From Candidatus Poriferihabitans sp. (GTDB lineage: Bacteria; Pseudomonadota; Gammaproteobacteria; Arenicellales; Poriferihabitantaceae), in contig OZ244855.1 of the NCBI GenBank assembly GCA_965220975.1, positions 976,967 to 1,040,966 on the forward strand: a DNA stretch of 64,000 nucleotides, given 5' to 3'. The notes under the pieces were generated by a model. That model had not been told where the DNA came from and made no database searches. It saw only the letters and a program-made list of their open reading frames with translations. Positions within the stretch are counted from its first letter, which is position 1; every line of letters begins with the position of its first letter. Shown piece by piece: positions 61,240 through 64,000 of this stretch. Made by a program: the position numbers and the translations under genes.

Positions 61240-62046
61240 ATGCTTGAAACTGTATCCCTTGAAAATCTATTGAGGATTTCCGCATTCACCTCAGTTGCGA
61301 TCATCATGGCATTGTGGGAATCGTTGTTCCCGCGACGTGAATCAGGCAAGAGACGGTTGCGCTGGACTGGTAACTTTGGAGTTTTTCTGATCAATACAAT
61401 CATGCTTGTACTGATTCCTATTACCGCGGTCGGGGCAGCTATTCTCTCGATTCAATATCAATTCGGTTTGTTTTACTGGGTTGAATTCGCATTCTGGCCA
61501 AAAGTCATATTCTGCATAATTGTTCTGGACTTGCTAATCTACTGGCAACATCGAATCTTTCACATGGTCGGCCCTTTGTGGCGAATTCATCGAATGCATC
61601 ATACCGATACCGCTTTTGACTTCACTACCGCTCTTCGATTTCATCCAATTGAGATCTTCCTCTCGATATTAATCAAGGCGATAGCAATTATTATTCTCGG
61701 AGCACCAGCCTTTGCTGTAATCGCCTTTGAGATCATCCTAAATGCCTCGGCTATGTTCAACCATGGTAATATAAAAGTACCTTCACCAGTGGACAGGCTA
61801 CTCCGCATGTTCATCGTGACTCCAGATATGCATCGTATCCATCACTCGATCGATCCAAAAGAACACAATATGAATTTCGGTTTTTTTCTGTCCGTGTGGG
61901 ATCGAATTTTTGGAAGTTATCGAAATCAACCACAACAACCACAAACTACAATGCCAATCGGGCTTGAGATTTTTAATCAGGATAGTGAAACGAGAGTTGA
62001 TCGCTTGATCACTCAGCCCTTTCGAAAAAGCACTAGTTATCAATAA
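61240..62046 (+). CDS. Fatty-acid hydroxylase/sterol-desaturase-family membrane enzyme
   Basis: His boxes are YWQHRIFH, RIHRMHH and MHRIHHS. Polytopic. Confidence 0.75.
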   Translation: MLETVSLENLLRISAFTSVAIIMALWESLFPRRESGKRRLRWTGNFGVFLINTIMLVLIPITAVGAAILSIQYQFGLFYWVEFAFWPKVIFCIIVLDLLIYWQHRIFHMVGPLWRIHRMHHTDTAFDFTTALRFHPIEIFLSILIKAIAIIILGAPAFAVIAFEIILNASAMFNHGNIKVPSPVDRLLRMFIVTPDMHRIHHSIDPKEHNMNFGFFLSVWDRIFGSYRNQPQQPQTTMPIGLEIFNQDSETRVDRLITQPFRKSTSYQ

Positions 62047-62049
62047 GTC

Positions 62050-62328
62050 ATGCCGCTTAACAAAGAATTATTAAATATACTGGTATGTCCAATTACCAAA
62101 CTCTCGGTACGCTTGTTATCAAAATCGAATCTTGAGACACTGAATCAGGCTATCAGTGAGGGAAATTTGCAAAATGCCGCGGGGCAGAAGATCAATTCAC
62201 CATTGTCACAAGCTCTGATAACGCAGAACAATACCATAATCTATCCGGTTAGGGATGGAATTCCGATCATGCTTGAAGATCAGGCAATACCCGTAAATCA
62301 GCTTGAAGGAAAAGTCTCGTTTTCCTGA
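62050..62328 (+). CDS. Trm112/YcaR-family small protein
   Basis: 92 aa. LLNILVCPITK ... YPVRDGIPIMLEDQAI brackets an inserted segment. Confidence 0.6.
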   Translation: MPLNKELLNILVCPITKLSVRLLSKSNLETLNQAISEGNLQNAAGQKINSPLSQALITQNNTIIYPVRDGIPIMLEDQAIPVNQLEGKVSFS

Positions 62329-62453
62329 TCTGCGCAGCAAAACCATGGTTTGTCGAATCACTTTGTATACTTGTTGATCAAGTTATATGGATCAGGAACT
62401 CAGCTACAGAATCAAGCAACCAGGCACCAGTTCGGCTGAACTCGGAATTAAAT

Positions 62454-64000
62454 TTAGTTTCTCTTCCTAATAGGTTGTAAATTTGTCTTTTTTTTACCTC
62501 GTTTACCCTGTATATGGACTTGAGAGTATTCCAGGAGCTTTAGTTGACAGCCAACTGCTTTCGTGTCTGCATTCTTGCGGGAGACATAACTTCCGTCGGA
62601 GCACATTTCCCAGCTGTCTACATGATCATTCATCAGGGTATCGAGAATGAGTTTTAGAGATTCCTTCAGAGACTTTTTCTCAATGGGAGTAACAACTTCA
62701 ACTCGACTTTCCAGATTTCGCTTCATGATGTCGGCAGATCCGATAAAATATTCATGCTTTCCGTTATTCTGGAAATAAAAGATTCGGCTGTGCTCAAGGA
62801 ACCGGCCGACTACGCTAATTACGGTAATACTCTCGGATAAATTTGCAACTTTTGGTCGCAGACGACAGGTATCCCGAACAATGAGTTCAACCTTGACGCC
62901 AGCGATTGATGCTTTGTACAAATCTTTCACCACATCCTTATCCTCCAAGGCATTGGTTTTTATCCGAATCAAGCCATTTTTTCCATTTTCGACATGTTTG
63001 ATCTCAGTAGCAATCCGTTTTCTCAGCTCGTTTTTGAGATCAATCGGTGCAATCACAATATGTTTGAATTGGCGTTTTTTGATATGCCCGGTAGTTAGGA
63101 AGTTGAATAGTTCGGTAGCATCTTCACCTATTTCCTTGTTACAAGTTAGAAGTCCAAGGTCTGTATACAGTTTTGCAGTTCCGCCATGGTAGTTTCCGGT
63201 GCCGATATGAACATAGCGTTGCAATTGCTTTTTTTCTCTACGAATAACTAAGAGCACTTTACTGTGTGTCTTAAATCCGACTACACCATAGGTTACATGA
63301 ATGCCAGCTTCTTCTAGACGTTCCGCCCAGTTAATATTATTCGCTTCGTCAAACTTTGCCTTGATTTCAACAACTACAGCGACTTGTTTCCCATTGTTTG
63401 CCGCTTCAATTAACAGGTCAACTATACGAGTTTCACGATCAGTTCTATACAAGGTCATCTTAATTGCCCTTACTGACTCATCGCGGGCTGCTTCGCCTAG
63501 AAACCTGACTACAGATCCGGAAAATGATTCGTATGGATGCTGGAGTAATATCGCTTCCTCCTCACGAATGAGATTGAAGATACTCCGTTGGTTATCTTGT
63601 AGCCGATGATGATTGATTGGTTGATGCGGAGGATAGCGCAAATTCGCAACTGGCAAGTTAGTAAGCTCAAAGAGATCTCTGCGTGCCAATAGGCCATTGG
63701 TTTCATAAACGTCGAGTTCCGAGTCGAGACCGAGTAATTCTGTAAGCATACTCTTGCGTTCCGGGTTCATTCCCTTGTTAACTACCATACGAACAATTGG
63801 TGCAATTCTCCGATCTCGTAATTCCAATTCGATCATTGACAAGAGGTCGGCTGCGCCGGATTCCTGACGTTCTGTGCTTGCATTACGTGCAACGAAAAAG
63901 AAATCATATTCAAATTCATTCTCGCCTGGAAATAGTAGATCGAGATTATTTGCAACGATTTGTTCAAGAGGAACAAAACGGTAATCATCTACTTTGATGA
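62454..64000 (-). CDS. ppk: Polyphosphate kinase 1 (C-terminal about 515 aa; the N-terminus lies beyond the window edge)
   Basis: The frame stays open to position 64000. Motifs: FKTHSKVLLV (PLD-like HxK), FLEHSRIFYF, VEIKAKFDE. Confidence 0.85.
   Translation of the reverse strand, partial: IKVDDYRFVPLEQIVANNLDLLFPGENEFEYDFFFVARNASTERQESGAADLLSMIELELRDRRIAPIVRMVVNKGMNPERKSMLTELLGLDSELDVYETNGLLARRDLFELTNLPVANLRYPPHQPINHHRLQDNQRSIFNLIREEEAILLQHPYESFSGSVVRFLGEAARDESVRAIKMTLYRTDRETRIVDLLIEAANNGKQVAVVVEIKAKFDEANNINWAERLEEAGIHVTYGVVGFKTHSKVLLVIRREKKQLQRYVHIGTGNYHGGTAKLYTDLGLLTCNKEIGEDATELFNFLTTGHIKKRQFKHIVIAPIDLKNELRKRIATEIKHVENGKNGLIRIKTNALEDKDVVKDLYKASIAGVKVELIVRDTCRLRPKVANLSESITVISVVGRFLEHSRIFYFQNNGKHEYFIGSADIMKRNLESRVEVVTPIEKKSLKESLKLILDTLMNDHVDSWEMCSDGSYVSRKNADTKAVGCQLKLLEYSQVHIQGKRGKKKTNLQPIRKRN

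Overview
The window looks like a 64-kb chromosomal segment from a low-GC bacterium (roughly 40-45% by eye). The host is probably a marine gammaproteobacterium, judged from the GshA, DusA and PPK1 types and the abundance of ABC and TRAP importers; this is a low-confidence taxonomic guess. Most of the window is transport and catabolism. That content comprises a ribose-type ABC importer, a Liv-type ABC importer, a TRAP transporter next to a HisD-family dehydrogenase and an SDR, a kinase plus acyl-CoA dehydrogenase pair, a class III CoA-transferase, a cytoplasmic molybdopterin oxidoreductase, and enolase-superfamily, LLM and ICL/PEP-mutase-family enzymes. I recognise no transcription factor anywhere in the window. 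Four visibly GC-rich foreign patches and a decay zone at about 46.4-54.4 kb around a tRNA gene interrupt this backbone. Six observations stand out. (1) A 1,910-bp insertion (22250..24159) has a perfect 8-bp target duplication and IS66-type GTAA ends, yet carries only an ORC/Cdc6-like AAA+ ATPase and no transposase; its ends are homologous to an IS66-family end fragment at 54 kb. (2) tRNA-Arg(CCU) is split by a 215-nt group I intron. (3) A 963-aa SF1 helicase has a RelE/ParE-like N-terminus and a C-terminal ankyrin region. (4) A three-gene MotA/ExbB-like, ExbD-like and 2-TM membrane module lies next to a CobS/CobT-like MoxR-vWA pair. (5) An ABC permease is fused to a strictosidine-synthase-like beta-propeller. 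(6) A 968-aa type IIG-like nuclease-methyltransferase is boxed in by IS remnants. Several pseudogenes carry identifiable lesions. All family calls come from reading motifs by eye, and no database search was run. I cannot show that any of these is truly undescribed. The ATPase cassette and the MotA-like triad are my best candidates.
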